37,178 nt of DNA from a virus (lineage: Duplodnaviria > Caudoviricetes): positions 1 to 37,178 of IMG/VR virus record IMGVR_UViG_3300043391_000059. One strand, given 5' to 3'. The stretch's first letter is position 1. The number at the start of each line of letters is the position of its first letter. Shown piece by piece: positions 27,100-35,144 of this stretch. The notes under the pieces were generated by a model. It ran no database searches, was not told where the DNA came from, and saw nothing but the letters and a program-made list of their open reading frames with translations. The translations under genes and the position numbers were made by a program.

Positions 27100-27120
27100 A
27101 ATGTTAGGTATTTTAAACAA
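27092..27120. other. Perfect 11-bp AT-rich inverted repeat
   Basis: TTGTTTAAAAT-gttaggt-ATTTTAAACAA spanning the paralog-3 stop codon. Confidence 0.5.
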
Positions 27121-27214
27121 CACAAGCTACACTATCGTTTCGCAGGAATCGTATAACTTGACTAATTCAATTAACAATAATTTTTAACCAACAATACAAA
27201 TAAGGAGTAAAAAT

Positions 27215-27502
27215 ATGAGTGAACACAAACTCGTAGATGGAAAAGTAATACCTTTAACTTCAGATGAATTAGCTCAAAGAGCTATTGATGAAGCTAATTG
27301 GAACGCAGGAGCTTTTGACAGAGCTATTGCAACTTTAAGAGCAAGAAGAAATGCTTTGCTATCTGCTACAGATTTTTATGCTTTATCTGATAATACACTA
27401 ACAACTGCTATGTCTGATTACAGACAAGAGCTTAGAGATATTACAAATAATATTTCTAACGTAGAGCAGGTTAATGAAGTTGTATTTCCAGTTAAGCCAT
27501 AA
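27215..27502 (+). CDS. Tail fibre assembly chaperone
   Basis: LRARRNALLSATD...YRQELRDIT...FP.KP; SD AAGGAG. Confidence 0.85.
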   Translation: MSEHKLVDGKVIPLTSDELAQRAIDEANWNAGAFDRAIATLRARRNALLSATDFYALSDNTLTTAMSDYRQELRDITNNISNVEQVNEVVFPVKP

Positions 27503-27549
27503 GACCAAACAATAAAACAATTAATATTAATAATAAGGAGAAGTCATAA

Positions 27550-28914
27550 ATGACTAAAGCACGAGATATATCCAGTCTAATAGGAGCAGGTGGCATTATA
27601 GATAATTCTAAAATTACTTTAGATGCCGCCGAAGTACCTTCTTTAGATACAGCTAAAATTACTACAGGTACTTTTTCGTCTGCTAGAATAGACAATAATA
27701 GTTTATCTGCAATTACGACTTTACCTTCAGGTGTTGGTGGAACAGCTTGGCAATCAGTTCAGACTTCTGGTTTTACTGCTGTTGCTGGTAGAGGTTATCC
27801 TTGCAACACAACTTCATCTACATTTACAGTAACACTTCCTGCTTCTCCAAGTGCTGGAGATACAATTCAAATAGTAGATTACGCAGGAACTTTTGACACT
27901 AATGCAATTACAATAAATCCTAATTCAAATAAAATAGAAGGTGGCACAGGTAATTTACAATTAACTGGTGAAAGAGAAGGAACAAGTTTAGTTTATATAG
28001 ATGCAACACAAGGTTGGTTAGCAAGTTCAGGAATTAATGAAGGAACAGATGCTTTATCACCAACACCTTATTCAGTAGATTTTTTAGTAGTAGCTGGAGG
28101 TGGTGCAGGAGGTGGTTGGGTTGGAGGAGGTGGAGGAGCAGGTGGTTTTAGAACATCAACTCAAACAGTATCACCAAGTACAGTAATTACAGTAACTGTT
28201 GGAGATGGTGGAGCTAGTGAATTTAAAGGAGGTGGACCACCTAATTCTTTTGGTCAAAATGGTAATAATTCTTCAATATCAGGTTCAGGATTAACAACAA
28301 TAACTTCTGCAGGAGGTGGTGGAGGAGGAGGTTTTCCATCACCATCTAATTCTGTTTCAGATGGAAGAAATGGTGGTTCTGGCGGAGGTGGTGGAAATGG
28401 AGTTGGAGTTTATAATGGTGTTGGTGGAACAGGTAACACTCCAAGTACATCTCCATCTCAAGGAAATAATGGAGGTGGTGCAGGTTCTTCAGGAGATTAT
28501 CAAGGTGGTGGAGGTGGAGGAGCAGGTGCTGTTGGTGCAAATGGTACTACTTCTGTTGGTGGTAATGGTGGAATAGGAGCAACTTCATCTATAACTGGTT
28601 CTTCAGTTTATTATGCAGGAGGTGGTGGTGGTCATGGTGTTAATGGTCAAGGAACAGGCGGAACTGGTGGTGGAGGTGTTGGTGGTGCAGGAGGTAGTGC
28701 AAATGGTGGTAACGCAACAGTAAATACTGGAGGTGGAGGAGGAGGAGCTAGAGATAATTCTTCAACAGGTGCTGGTGGTAAAGGAGTTGTTATATTAAGT
28801 GTACCAACTGCAAGTTATTCAGGAACTACAACTGGTTCGCCAACAGTTACAACAAAAAGTGCAGGAGCATTTACAGTTTTAACATTTACAGGTTCAGGAA
28901 CATATACAGCATAG
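27550..28914 (+). CDS. Glycine-rich tail fibre / adhesin
   Basis: MTKARD start; TVTLPASPSAGD; LVVAGGGAGG; YYAGGGGG; NTGGGGGG; GGKGVVI. Confidence 0.85.
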   Translation: MTKARDISSLIGAGGIIDNSKITLDAAEVPSLDTAKITTGTFSSARIDNNSLSAITTLPSGVGGTAWQSVQTSGFTAVAGRGYPCNTTSSTFTVTLPASPSAGDTIQIVDYAGTFDTNAITINPNSNKIEGGTGNLQLTGEREGTSLVYIDATQGWLASSGINEGTDALSPTPYSVDFLVVAGGGAGGGWVGGGGGAGGFRTSTQTVSPSTVITVTVGDGGASEFKGGGPPNSFGQNGNNSSISGSGLTTITSAGGGGGGGFPSPSNSVSDGRNGGSGGGGGNGVGVYNGVGGTGNTPSTSPSQGNNGGGAGSSGDYQGGGGGGAGAVGANGTTSVGGNGGIGATSSITGSSVYYAGGGGGHGVNGQGTGGTGGGGVGGAGGSANGGNATVNTGGGGGGARDNSSTGAGGKGVVILSVPTASYSGTTTGSPTVTTKSAGAFTVLTFTGSGTYTA

Positions 28915-28922
28915 GATAAATT

Positions 28923-29321
28923 ATGGCATCATTCGCAAAAATAGGATTAAATTCAAAAGTAATAGAAGTTCTTTCAGTAGTTAATGAAGTATTACATGAC
29001 AGTAACGGAGTAGAACAAGAAGCTATTGGTATTGATTTTTTAACTAAACTTACAGGTTATCCTGTATGGAAACAAACATCTTATAATACTCATGGTGGAG
29101 TTCATTCATCTGGTGGAACACCTTTAAGAAAAAATCATGCAGGAATAGGTTATACTTATGATGAAACAAGAGATGCTTTCATTCCACATAAACCTTTTAA
29201 CTCTTGGATATTAAACGAAGATACTTGTCGTTGGGAAGCACCAATTGCTAAACCAGAAGATGACAATATGTATTCTTGGAACGAACAAACTTTATCTTGG
29301 GATTTAGTAGAAGAAATCTAA
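28923..29321 (+). CDS. Partner protein of the glycine-rich fibre
   Basis: MASFAK; WKQTSYNT; RKNHAGIGYTYD..RDAFI..KPF.SW.LNE..C.WEAP. Confidence 0.8.
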   Translation: MASFAKIGLNSKVIEVLSVVNEVLHDSNGVEQEAIGIDFLTKLTGYPVWKQTSYNTHGGVHSSGGTPLRKNHAGIGYTYDETRDAFIPHKPFNSWILNEDTCRWEAPIAKPEDDNMYSWNEQTLSWDLVEEI

Positions 29322-29326
29322 TCTCA

Positions 29327-29348
29327 AAAAGACCATAAGTCTTTTCTT
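29327..29348 (+). terminator. Weak terminator after the fibre module
   Basis: AAAAGAC-cataa-GTCTTTT followed by CTT. Confidence 0.35.
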
Positions 29349-29369
29349 AACAACTAACAAAAAAATAAC

Positions 29370-29492
29370 ATGACAACACTAACTATGCTTATAGTTTTTA
29401 TAATCGGAGCTTGGCTTGGGTGGAGATATGAAAATCTAATTAATGATTTTGTAGAACACTTTAAAGGATTAAATAATAAAAAAGATTACTAA
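29370..29492 (+). CDS. 40-aa single-TM peptide (not in ORF track)
   Basis: MTTLTMLIVFIIGAWLGWRYENLINDFVEHFKGLNNKKDY. Confidence 0.6.
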   Translation: MTTLTMLIVFIIGAWLGWRYENLINDFVEHFKGLNNKKDY

Positions 29493-29512
29493 ACAAACAA
29501 CAAGGAAACATT

Positions 29513-29656
29513 ATGTTTAAATTTGAACTACCATCATACGAAGAGATTAAAAAAAATACAGAACAATACTCAAAAGATTGTCAGAAGTTTTGGTCAGATT
29601 TTTTTGAAGATATGGAAAAAACTTTGAAAGATTTTTATAATGGCAAAAAGAAATAA
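29513..29656 (+). CDS. 47-aa amphipathic peptide (not in ORF track)
   Basis: MFKFELPSYEEIKK...KFWSDFFEDMEK; SD AAGGA. Confidence 0.6.
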   Translation: MFKFELPSYEEIKKNTEQYSKDCQKFWSDFFEDMEKTLKDFYNGKKK

Positions 29657-29864
29657 AAAATCTGTTAGATCAACTGTATCTTTAAATTCAATAGATCATA
29701 AAATCTGCGAACTGCATAAATTAATTAAAGAAAATTCAACAGACATTCAATCAATTAAACAAGAGATCGCTTACGGAAAAGGGGGAGTGAAAGTATTGGT
29801 ATTTATTATTGGTATCGTTACTACACTTGCTGCTGCCTGGAATATCTTTGGTAAATCAGACTGA
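29640..29864 (+). CDS. Coiled-coil protein with C-terminal TM; lysis-module membrane protein
   Basis: IQSIKQEIAYGKGGVKVLVFIIGIV. Confidence 0.65.
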   Translation: MAKRNKKSVRSTVSLNSIDHKICELHKLIKENSTDIQSIKQEIAYGKGGVKVLVFIIGIVTTLAAAWNIFGKSD

Positions 29865-30193
29865 AAAGAAAAACTAACGTTAAAGGATTATACTGCGAAC
29901 AAGTTGCGCAGCAATATTTTTTACAACAAGAACACTTAGTTGTTTTTGCTCCTGTTGGTGGGATTGGTCCCGTAGACTTTGTAACGCTTAATCTAAACAC
30001 AGGCGTCTACCAGCCTTATGACGTCAAATCTTTTAACGAGAGAAAAAGAAAATTTAGAGTAACAGCAGACAAGCTTGGTACTCTTAAATCTCCCATACTT
30101 AATACAAAAATTTATAGACCGGTAACTAAACTGCAAAAGAAACTTAAGGTTAAATTAATATATGTGGACGCAAGAGATAATAGACAGGATTAA
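29861..30193 (+). CDS. PD-(D/E)XK nuclease / resolvase-like protein with probable CTG start (not in ORF track)
   Basis: 110-codon open frame: KGLYCEQVAQQYF...GPVDFV...YDVKS; CTGA overlap with the upstream stop. Confidence 0.7.
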   Translation: MKRKTNVKGLYCEQVAQQYFLQQEHLVVFAPVGGIGPVDFVTLNLNTGVYQPYDVKSFNERKRKFRVTADKLGTLKSPILNTKIYRPVTKLQKKLKVKLIYVDARDNRQD

Positions 30194-30593
30194 AAAGCAC
30201 GAAGGTTTTAGAGCTAAAATTTATAAAGATCATTTAGGAAATCCAACTATTGGTTATGGTCATTTATTAACTGAAGATGATGATTTTGTTGAAGGAGTTA
30301 TTTACGATAAAGAAATTTTAGAAGAACTATTTAATAAAGATTTTGAACAGGCGTACATGGGAGCCGAGTATCTTCTTACTGGTATTCCTATTTCTAATAC
30401 AGCTAAAGGAATTGTAATTGAAATGGTTTACCAACTAGGAGTAGGTAACGTATCTAAATTTAAATTAATGTTAGCTGCATTAAAAATTCCAGATTATCAG
30501 GAAGCAGCAAAACAAATATCTAATTCTTTATTTGCAAGACAAACTCCAAATCGTTGCAATGAATTAGCAAACATAATGAGGAGCTGTAAATAA
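30162..30593 (+). CDS. Endolysin, GH24 (T4-type lysozyme)
   Basis: IKKHEGFR..IYKD..G.PTIGYGH; MVYQLG; RQTPNR. Confidence 0.92.
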   Translation: MWTQEIIDRIKKHEGFRAKIYKDHLGNPTIGYGHLLTEDDDFVEGVIYDKEILEELFNKDFEQAYMGAEYLLTGIPISNTAKGIVIEMVYQLGVGNVSKFKLMLAALKIPDYQEAAKQISNSLFARQTPNRCNELANIMRSCK

Positions 30594-30594
30594 T

Positions 30595-30981
30595 ATGTGG
30601 TGGAATTTAATACCAACTGTTTTTAAAACTGGCGCTGAGATTTATAAGAATCATAAACAATCTGAGTTATTAGAGTCTCAAGCTGAAAAAAGACATTATG
30701 AACGAATGGCTGCAGGGGAGATTGAATATCAAAGAGATGTAGCAGATCAACAAGACAAGTCATGGAAAGATGAATTTGTTTTAATTGTGGTTTGTATTCC
30801 AATTCTTGTTTTATCTTACGCAATTATTAGCGATGATATTAATATTAAAACTAAACTAGATTTATTCTTTGATTACTTTGGTAGATTTCCGACATGGTAT
30901 CAATTTTTGATTGTCGGTATATTTTCGGCAATTTATGGACTTAAACCTTCTATTGACGCATTTACTAATTCTAAAAAGTAA
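30595..30981 (+). CDS. Putative holin (3TM type)
   Basis: SWKDEF motif followed by two TM segments; P.WY...SAIYG. Confidence 0.7.
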   Translation: MWWNLIPTVFKTGAEIYKNHKQSELLESQAEKRHYERMAAGEIEYQRDVADQQDKSWKDEFVLIVVCIPILVLSYAIISDDINIKTKLDLFFDYFGRFPTWYQFLIVGIFSAIYGLKPSIDAFTNSKK

Positions 30982-31103
30982 TGGCTAAAAAATTTCAACA
31001 TGACAAGCTTACTAAAAAAACAAAAAAGAAAAGACCAGGTAGGCACAGCAAAAGACCAAATAAACGTAATTCAAAAAAAAGCTACAAGGGTCAAGGAAGA
31101 TAA
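30981..31103 (+). CDS. 40-aa highly basic peptide (not in ORF track)
   Basis: MAKKFQHDKLTKKTKKKRPGRHSKRPNKRNSKKSYKGQGR; TAATG overlap. Confidence 0.7.
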   Translation: MAKKFQHDKLTKKTKKKRPGRHSKRPNKRNSKKSYKGQGR

Positions 31104-31251
31104 CCTAACAGTTGCATTTCCAAACAAAGATATGTTTAAGGATGTTTAATAAATGTATCTATTATTCTCCAACTATTAATTGTTTTTTATTAGAAAGATG
31201 TAAGTGCAAATTAAAAAACTCGGTGCCAACAAACCAAACTGAATTAAAAAA

Positions 31252-31498
31252 ACACACAGCTTTACACACAGCTAACACAAAAAATGCCGTACTTCCTAGT
31301 TAGAAGTGGCTCCCCGAGCAGGACTCGAATCTATTAGCAAAACGCTTTTTAGTTTTATTTACCAACACTAATAAGTTTATTTTACAATTTTAGGTAGACA
31401 ATTTGGTTAAGATAAAACCATTGGTATATTTAAATTCATAAAATTTTTTAAAAATAAACACACAGTTCACACACAGATTTTAATTTTTTCACACACAA
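31252..31498. repeat. Integrase arm-type direct repeats flanking the attP core
   Basis: ACACACAG at 31252, 31264, 31458 and 31469; ACACACAA at 31491. Confidence 0.7.
31307..31329 (-). mobile_element. attP: attP core equal to the 3' end of a tRNA (probably tRNA-Asn)
   Basis: Minus strand TTCGAGT-CCTGC-TCGGGGA-G-CCA (T-loop, T-stem, acceptor strand, G73, CCA); the 5' part of the tRNA is absent. Confidence 0.85.
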
Positions 31499-31501
31499 GC
31501 A

Positions 31502-31741
31502 CTAAAACTTATTCTTAATTTTATAATTTTCTTTTTTATTCCACTCATAAAAACTTTCAGTTGTATCTTGATGAGCAATCTCTCTGCATGCTTTAAAGTA
31601 TTTGTCGTAGCAACCACCTTCATAATGACAAAAGTTTTTTCTCTCTGCATTAATTACCCAACCACCTTCATTGGATAGATGTTCCTTCCCACACCAATGG
31701 CACTTGCCACAACCAAACACTTTTGCTTTTGACTTACTCAA
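31502..31741 (-). CDS. Small Cys/His zinc-binding protein
   Basis: CHWCGKEH...FCH...C. Confidence 0.65.
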   Translation of the reverse strand: MSKSKAKVFGCGKCHWCGKEHLSNEGGWVINAERKNFCHYEGGCYDKYFKACREIAHQDTTESFYEWNKKENYKIKNKF

Positions 31742-31743
31742 TT

Positions 31744-32040
31744 TTAGATTTGAGCTTTAATATTATTTATAACTTGTACCGATGAAGTTACTTCCATTGG
31801 AAAGTAAAATCGTTCTACAGGTACATTGAATATGTCTGAAAGTTTTTTTAACTTTAAACACGATAAAGTATTTCTAGCCTTTTCGTATTTCTGTATTTGT
31901 TGGAAGGTGCAGTCTAATTTTTCAGCTAACTCTACTTGTGTTAAGCCGCTTTTTTTTCTTATTAGCTTTAAGTTTTCTCCTATTATATTTCTTATCTTTA
32001 TCTCATCTTGAGATAGTCTTGTCATTTTTAGCATTATCAT
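31744..32040 (-). CDS. XRE-family HTH regulator (exact start uncertain)
   Basis: IGENLKLIRKKSGLTQVELAEKLDCTFQQIQKYEK, an alphaproteobacterial-type FQQ.QKYE motif. Confidence 0.88.
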   Translation of the reverse strand: MIMLKMTRLSQDEIKIRNIIGENLKLIRKKSGLTQVELAEKLDCTFQQIQKYEKARNTLSCLKLKKLSDIFNVPVERFYFPMEVTSSVQVINNIKAQI

Positions 32041-33220
32041 TTCCTTTTATGATTAATGCGATTTCTTTTTTTTCAAATTCAAAAATATTTTCTACGTTTG
32101 CAGCTTGGTTCTTATTAGATACGCTGCGCATGTAGTGTTTAATAAATACAGGTATTGTTTCCCATCCATAACGTTTACAAAATTCCTTCTCATCAAACTT
32201 ACCGCTGTTCCAAACAAGTGAACTAGATAGTTTTCTAAACGGAGACAATCCACCTTCCCATTTAATGCTAGCTCGTTTTGCCGTTGCTTGTATATGATCG
32301 TTAGGAGAAGTCTTTGCAGCTTTAAATAATCTTGTGTACTTTCCTTCGCACTCTCTTTTTGGATTAATATTAATTAACTTCCAGGCTTTAATTAATTTAA
32401 ATATCTCAGGAGTTAATTGTATTTGTCTTTGACCAGCTGAAGTTTTTGTTCTGTTTTCTAAAAAGATATTATGGTTATTAACTGAATGAGTAATGTTCCA
32501 TATATTATGTTTATAATCAAAATCTTCAAAACAAGCAGCCATAATTTCTTCTGCTCTAGCTCCACTCTCATAAGCTAATTGATACATTAACTTATACTCA
32601 TTAGACTTTTCGTTAATGATTAATTTAAATACATCTTCTTTAGTTATATAAAATTCTTTTTTTGTTATTGCTGTTTGGTTATTATTTCTTACACCTTTTC
32701 TTATTTCATAATCTAAGATTTCTTTAAGGTTACCAATGTTATATTTTCTATCGCGCCAAAACTTTATTGCTCTTTTAAATGTAGCGATTGTATCTTTGTA
32801 TGCTTTAAAGCTTATTGTTTGACCCTTCTTATTAGAGGCTCTGGACTGGCTAACGTTTAACTTTGGAATATAAACCTCGTTAAAATCAGATATTAAATAC
32901 TCATCTAAATAAGTTTTATTTATGTAAGGTTTAATATGATAACTTAATAATGATTTGTAACCTTTGGCTGTAAAGTCTGTAATAATATTAGCTTGAACTT
33001 CACTATCTAAATTGTTCAGATAATCATTAAAGGCTTGATTAAAAGTAATTCTTTGGTTTGCTCCACCTTTAACAACTTCATCTACAAGTAATTGTTTTTT
33101 TAAAGCATTAGCTAAAGACTTTTGGCTAAAAGGAAATGTACCTTTTGTAATTCTTTGACCGGTATTTGTTACTTGGTAAACTTTCCATTTATCAGAATTT
33201 TTTACAACCCAAATCGGCAT
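32003..33220 (-). CDS. int: Tyrosine integrase
   Basis: SAM-like core-binding region; ESGARAEEI (R), TKT..G.R (K), SPFRK (R), GW, KHY (Y); near attP. Confidence 0.9.
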   Translation of the reverse strand: MPIWVVKNSDKWKVYQVTNTGQRITKGTFPFSQKSLANALKKQLLVDEVVKGGANQRITFNQAFNDYLNNLDSEVQANIITDFTAKGYKSLLSYHIKPYINKTYLDEYLISDFNEVYIPKLNVSQSRASNKKGQTISFKAYKDTIATFKRAIKFWRDRKYNIGNLKEILDYEIRKGVRNNNQTAITKKEFYITKEDVFKLIINEKSNEYKLMYQLAYESGARAEEIMAACFEDFDYKHNIWNITHSVNNHNIFLENRTKTSAGQRQIQLTPEIFKLIKAWKLININPKRECEGKYTRLFKAAKTSPNDHIQATAKRASIKWEGGLSPFRKLSSSLVWNSGKFDEKEFCKRYGWETIPVFIKHYMRSVSNKNQAANVENIFEFEKKEIALIIKGNDNAKNDKTISR

Positions 33221-33226
33221 ATAAGC

Positions 33227-33255
33227 AGACTAATGATTGTTTACCATTTTGTCAA
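33227..33255 (-). promoter_or_regulatory. Integrase promoter, probably leaderless, overlapped by an operator-like site
   Basis: TTGACA-17nt-TAGTCT-6nt-ATG; TTGAC-N6-GTAAA. Confidence 0.6.
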
Positions 33256-33267
33256 CTAAATATCTTT

Positions 33268-33465
33268 TTAGTCTATCTTAGCTAATTCTAGGTTTTCGCC
33301 TTTGATTTTTGATCTAACTAATTTTAGAGTCTTTTCTTTAACTCTAATTTCAGAGTTACTTGGCGGCATTTGTAGATTAATTAAGTAGTTTAAATCATCA
33401 GATTTAACTGAGGCTACAAAGGTACACTCCATCCTAAACTCTTTGATAAAGACCGGCTTATTCAT
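33268..33465 (-). CDS. Hypothetical protein
   Basis: Overlap-coupled within the leftward operon. Confidence 0.65.
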   Translation of the reverse strand: MNKPVFIKEFRMECTFVASVKSDDLNYLINLQMPPSNSEIRVKEKTLKLVRSKIKGENLELAKID

Positions 33466-33736
33466 CTTCTATAATCGTTTGAAGTGGTATTGATTTAGTC
33501 TTTATTTCTCTTGGTATATAATCTTCTAATTCAATTTGATTGTTCTTAATTCTATTAGCTGCTTCAATTAGGTATCTAAGTAAATCAATGTTTTCTTCTA
33601 TTGCTTCCTCAATGAATTGAAGAGGGGTCTTTTTAAGATCGCGCATTTTAATACCAAATCTATCCATTCCTTGTTGGTCTCTAACAAGTATTCTGCTTAT
33701 TAATTCCTGTGTATTTGGGTCATCACTAAGGCTCAT
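33458..33736 (-). CDS. Putative MazG-like all-alpha NTP pyrophosphohydrolase
   Basis: R.QQG..RFG...IEEAIEENIDL..Y (ExxEExxD). Confidence 0.5.
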   Translation of the reverse strand: MSLSDDPNTQELISRILVRDQQGMDRFGIKMRDLKKTPLQFIEEAIEENIDLLRYLIEAANRIKNNQIELEDYIPREIKTKSIPLQTIIEDE

Positions 33737-33948
33737 TTTAATACCTTTAAACTTCTAGCGGTACCTGGGATGCTAATAACCCATTTACGCTGCTCTAATT
33801 GCTTTATAAACTTATGGATATGGCTTCTAGCCTTGCAGTTATTTGCCACCGCTATTTCTGCATACGATGGCGAATAACCATGCTTCCTAATATAAGACTT
33901 AATAAACTTAAATATTTCCAATTGTCGTTTAGTTAAGCCGTATTCCAT
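33733..33948 (-). CDS. LexA-type DNA-binding domain only
   Basis: LTKRQLEIFKFI..YI.KHGYSPSYAEIA...IKQLEQRKWV...PG.ARSL. Confidence 0.85.
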   Translation of the reverse strand: MEYGLTKRQLEIFKFIKSYIRKHGYSPSYAEIAVANNCKARSHIHKFIKQLEQRKWVISIPGTARSLKVLK

Positions 33949-33949
33949 A

Positions 33950-34252
33950 TTATCTTCTCATAAAAGCATCTGCTCCGCTGAATACCTTTTTAGGTCCAGC
34001 AGACGAGTTAGCCGCTTTCATTTCATTTTTTTTAACTGTTATACCAATGCTGCCATCCTCTTGGATGTAAGCATAAGCATCACACCACACACCATTAACA
34101 GTAAAGTTTTTCTTCCATTCTTTACCGCCAGGTGCATCAGCGTTCATAGGTAATACAAAGTCTGGGTGCTTATCTTCAGTCTTTTTAGAATTTTTAACTA
34201 AAGAAAATTTACACACAAAGTTTGGGTCTTGCTTGTATTGTTTGTCAGCCAT
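33950..34252 (-). CDS. Putative single-stranded DNA-binding protein
   Basis: L.KN..KTEDKHPDF motif; downstream of the annealase. Confidence 0.5.
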   Translation of the reverse strand: MADKQYKQDPNFVCKFSLVKNSKKTEDKHPDFVLPMNADAPGGKEWKKNFTVNGVWCDAYAYIQEDGSIGITVKKNEMKAANSSAGPKKVFSGADAFMRR

Positions 34253-34862
34253 TCAAGTTTACTCCTTTATCAAGTTGACGTTGTTTGTTTTGAATTACAG
34301 TCGCAATTTCCTGCGCTGTTTTTTTATCTTGCTTCGCCAAGCCTTCTAAATAATCTTTATATTCAGATAAGACATTGTTGAAGTTCCCAATATGGCTAGC
34401 TGAATTAAGTTTCTGTTTTAAAACTTCAACTTCATCCAGGCTAACACCACTATTAGAAAACGTTTGCTGCTCGTGCATTTCTTCTTGTGAAAAATAATCT
34501 CCATGTAAATTTAAAATCTTTAAGACAGCTCTATCTACAGCTCTCTTTTCAGCAACAGCTACAAAGAAGGGGAAGTCATTATTAACCGGATGACTTTCGC
34601 CAGTCGTTGTAATTGTTAATCCATCTTTTTTAGCTACAGCTTTAATGATGCAAGATTTTTCTTTTAAATCTGCTGCCATAACTACTACATCAATACTTAC
34701 ATTAAACATTGCAGCTAAACGCTCAACGCTTTTATGAAGTAAAACATTAATAGTTTTCTTTTTGCCGTTAATAATATTTTCTCTTATATATCCGCCGCCA
34801 TCTTGTAATAAATTTAAGGCTGCTTGTTCTGGGGTTTGTTTTAATCCAATTACATTTTTCAT
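34245..34862 (-). CDS. Putative single-strand annealing protein (Rad52/Sak-like)
   Basis: TGE..P.N....VAVAEKRAVDRAVLK...YFSQEE. Confidence 0.65.
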   Translation of the reverse strand: MKNVIGLKQTPEQAALNLLQDGGGYIRENIINGKKKTINVLLHKSVERLAAMFNVSIDVVVMAADLKEKSCIIKAVAKKDGLTITTTGESHPVNNDFPFFVAVAEKRAVDRAVLKILNLHGDYFSQEEMHEQQTFSNSGVSLDEVEVLKQKLNSASHIGNFNNVLSEYKDYLEGLAKQDKKTAQEIATVIQNKQRQLDKGVNLNG

Positions 34863-34865
34863 AGT

Positions 34866-35144
34866 TTAATTTGAGTTAGTTAAGGAAGGTAGATTTGTTA
34901 AGGTAGAAATCGCGTTAAACCTTACTGCGTCATTACTGATTGCAGCTACCTTCCTATTCTTAAAATATCCTGTATCAACAAGGGTAAGGGAGATAAGTAG
35001 TAATATTAAACCTAATAGAACTACATAATGAGCCAGGTTTATTTTAGGAATTTTGTTACGAGAGAATTTATATCTCTTCTCTAAAATTGCATGTTGTATT
35101 GGTGGTATTCTATCGCACATTTTAATTATAAATTTTTTAGCCAT
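34866..35144 (-). CDS. Membrane-anchored hypothetical protein
   Basis: One TM segment, YVVLLGLILLLISLTLV. Confidence 0.6.
   Translation of the reverse strand: MAKKFIIKMCDRIPPIQHAILEKRYKFSRNKIPKINLAHYVVLLGLILLLISLTLVDTGYFKNRKVAAISNDAVRFNAISTLTNLPSLTNSN

Noticed and set aside
31112-31303. 63-aa TTG-start ORF
   Set aside because: Runs through the attP arm repeats; no SD; likely non-coding.
31307-31380. Complete tRNA gene
   Set aside because: Only the 3' 23 nt are present; the 5' T-stem strand, anticodon arm and D arm are missing.
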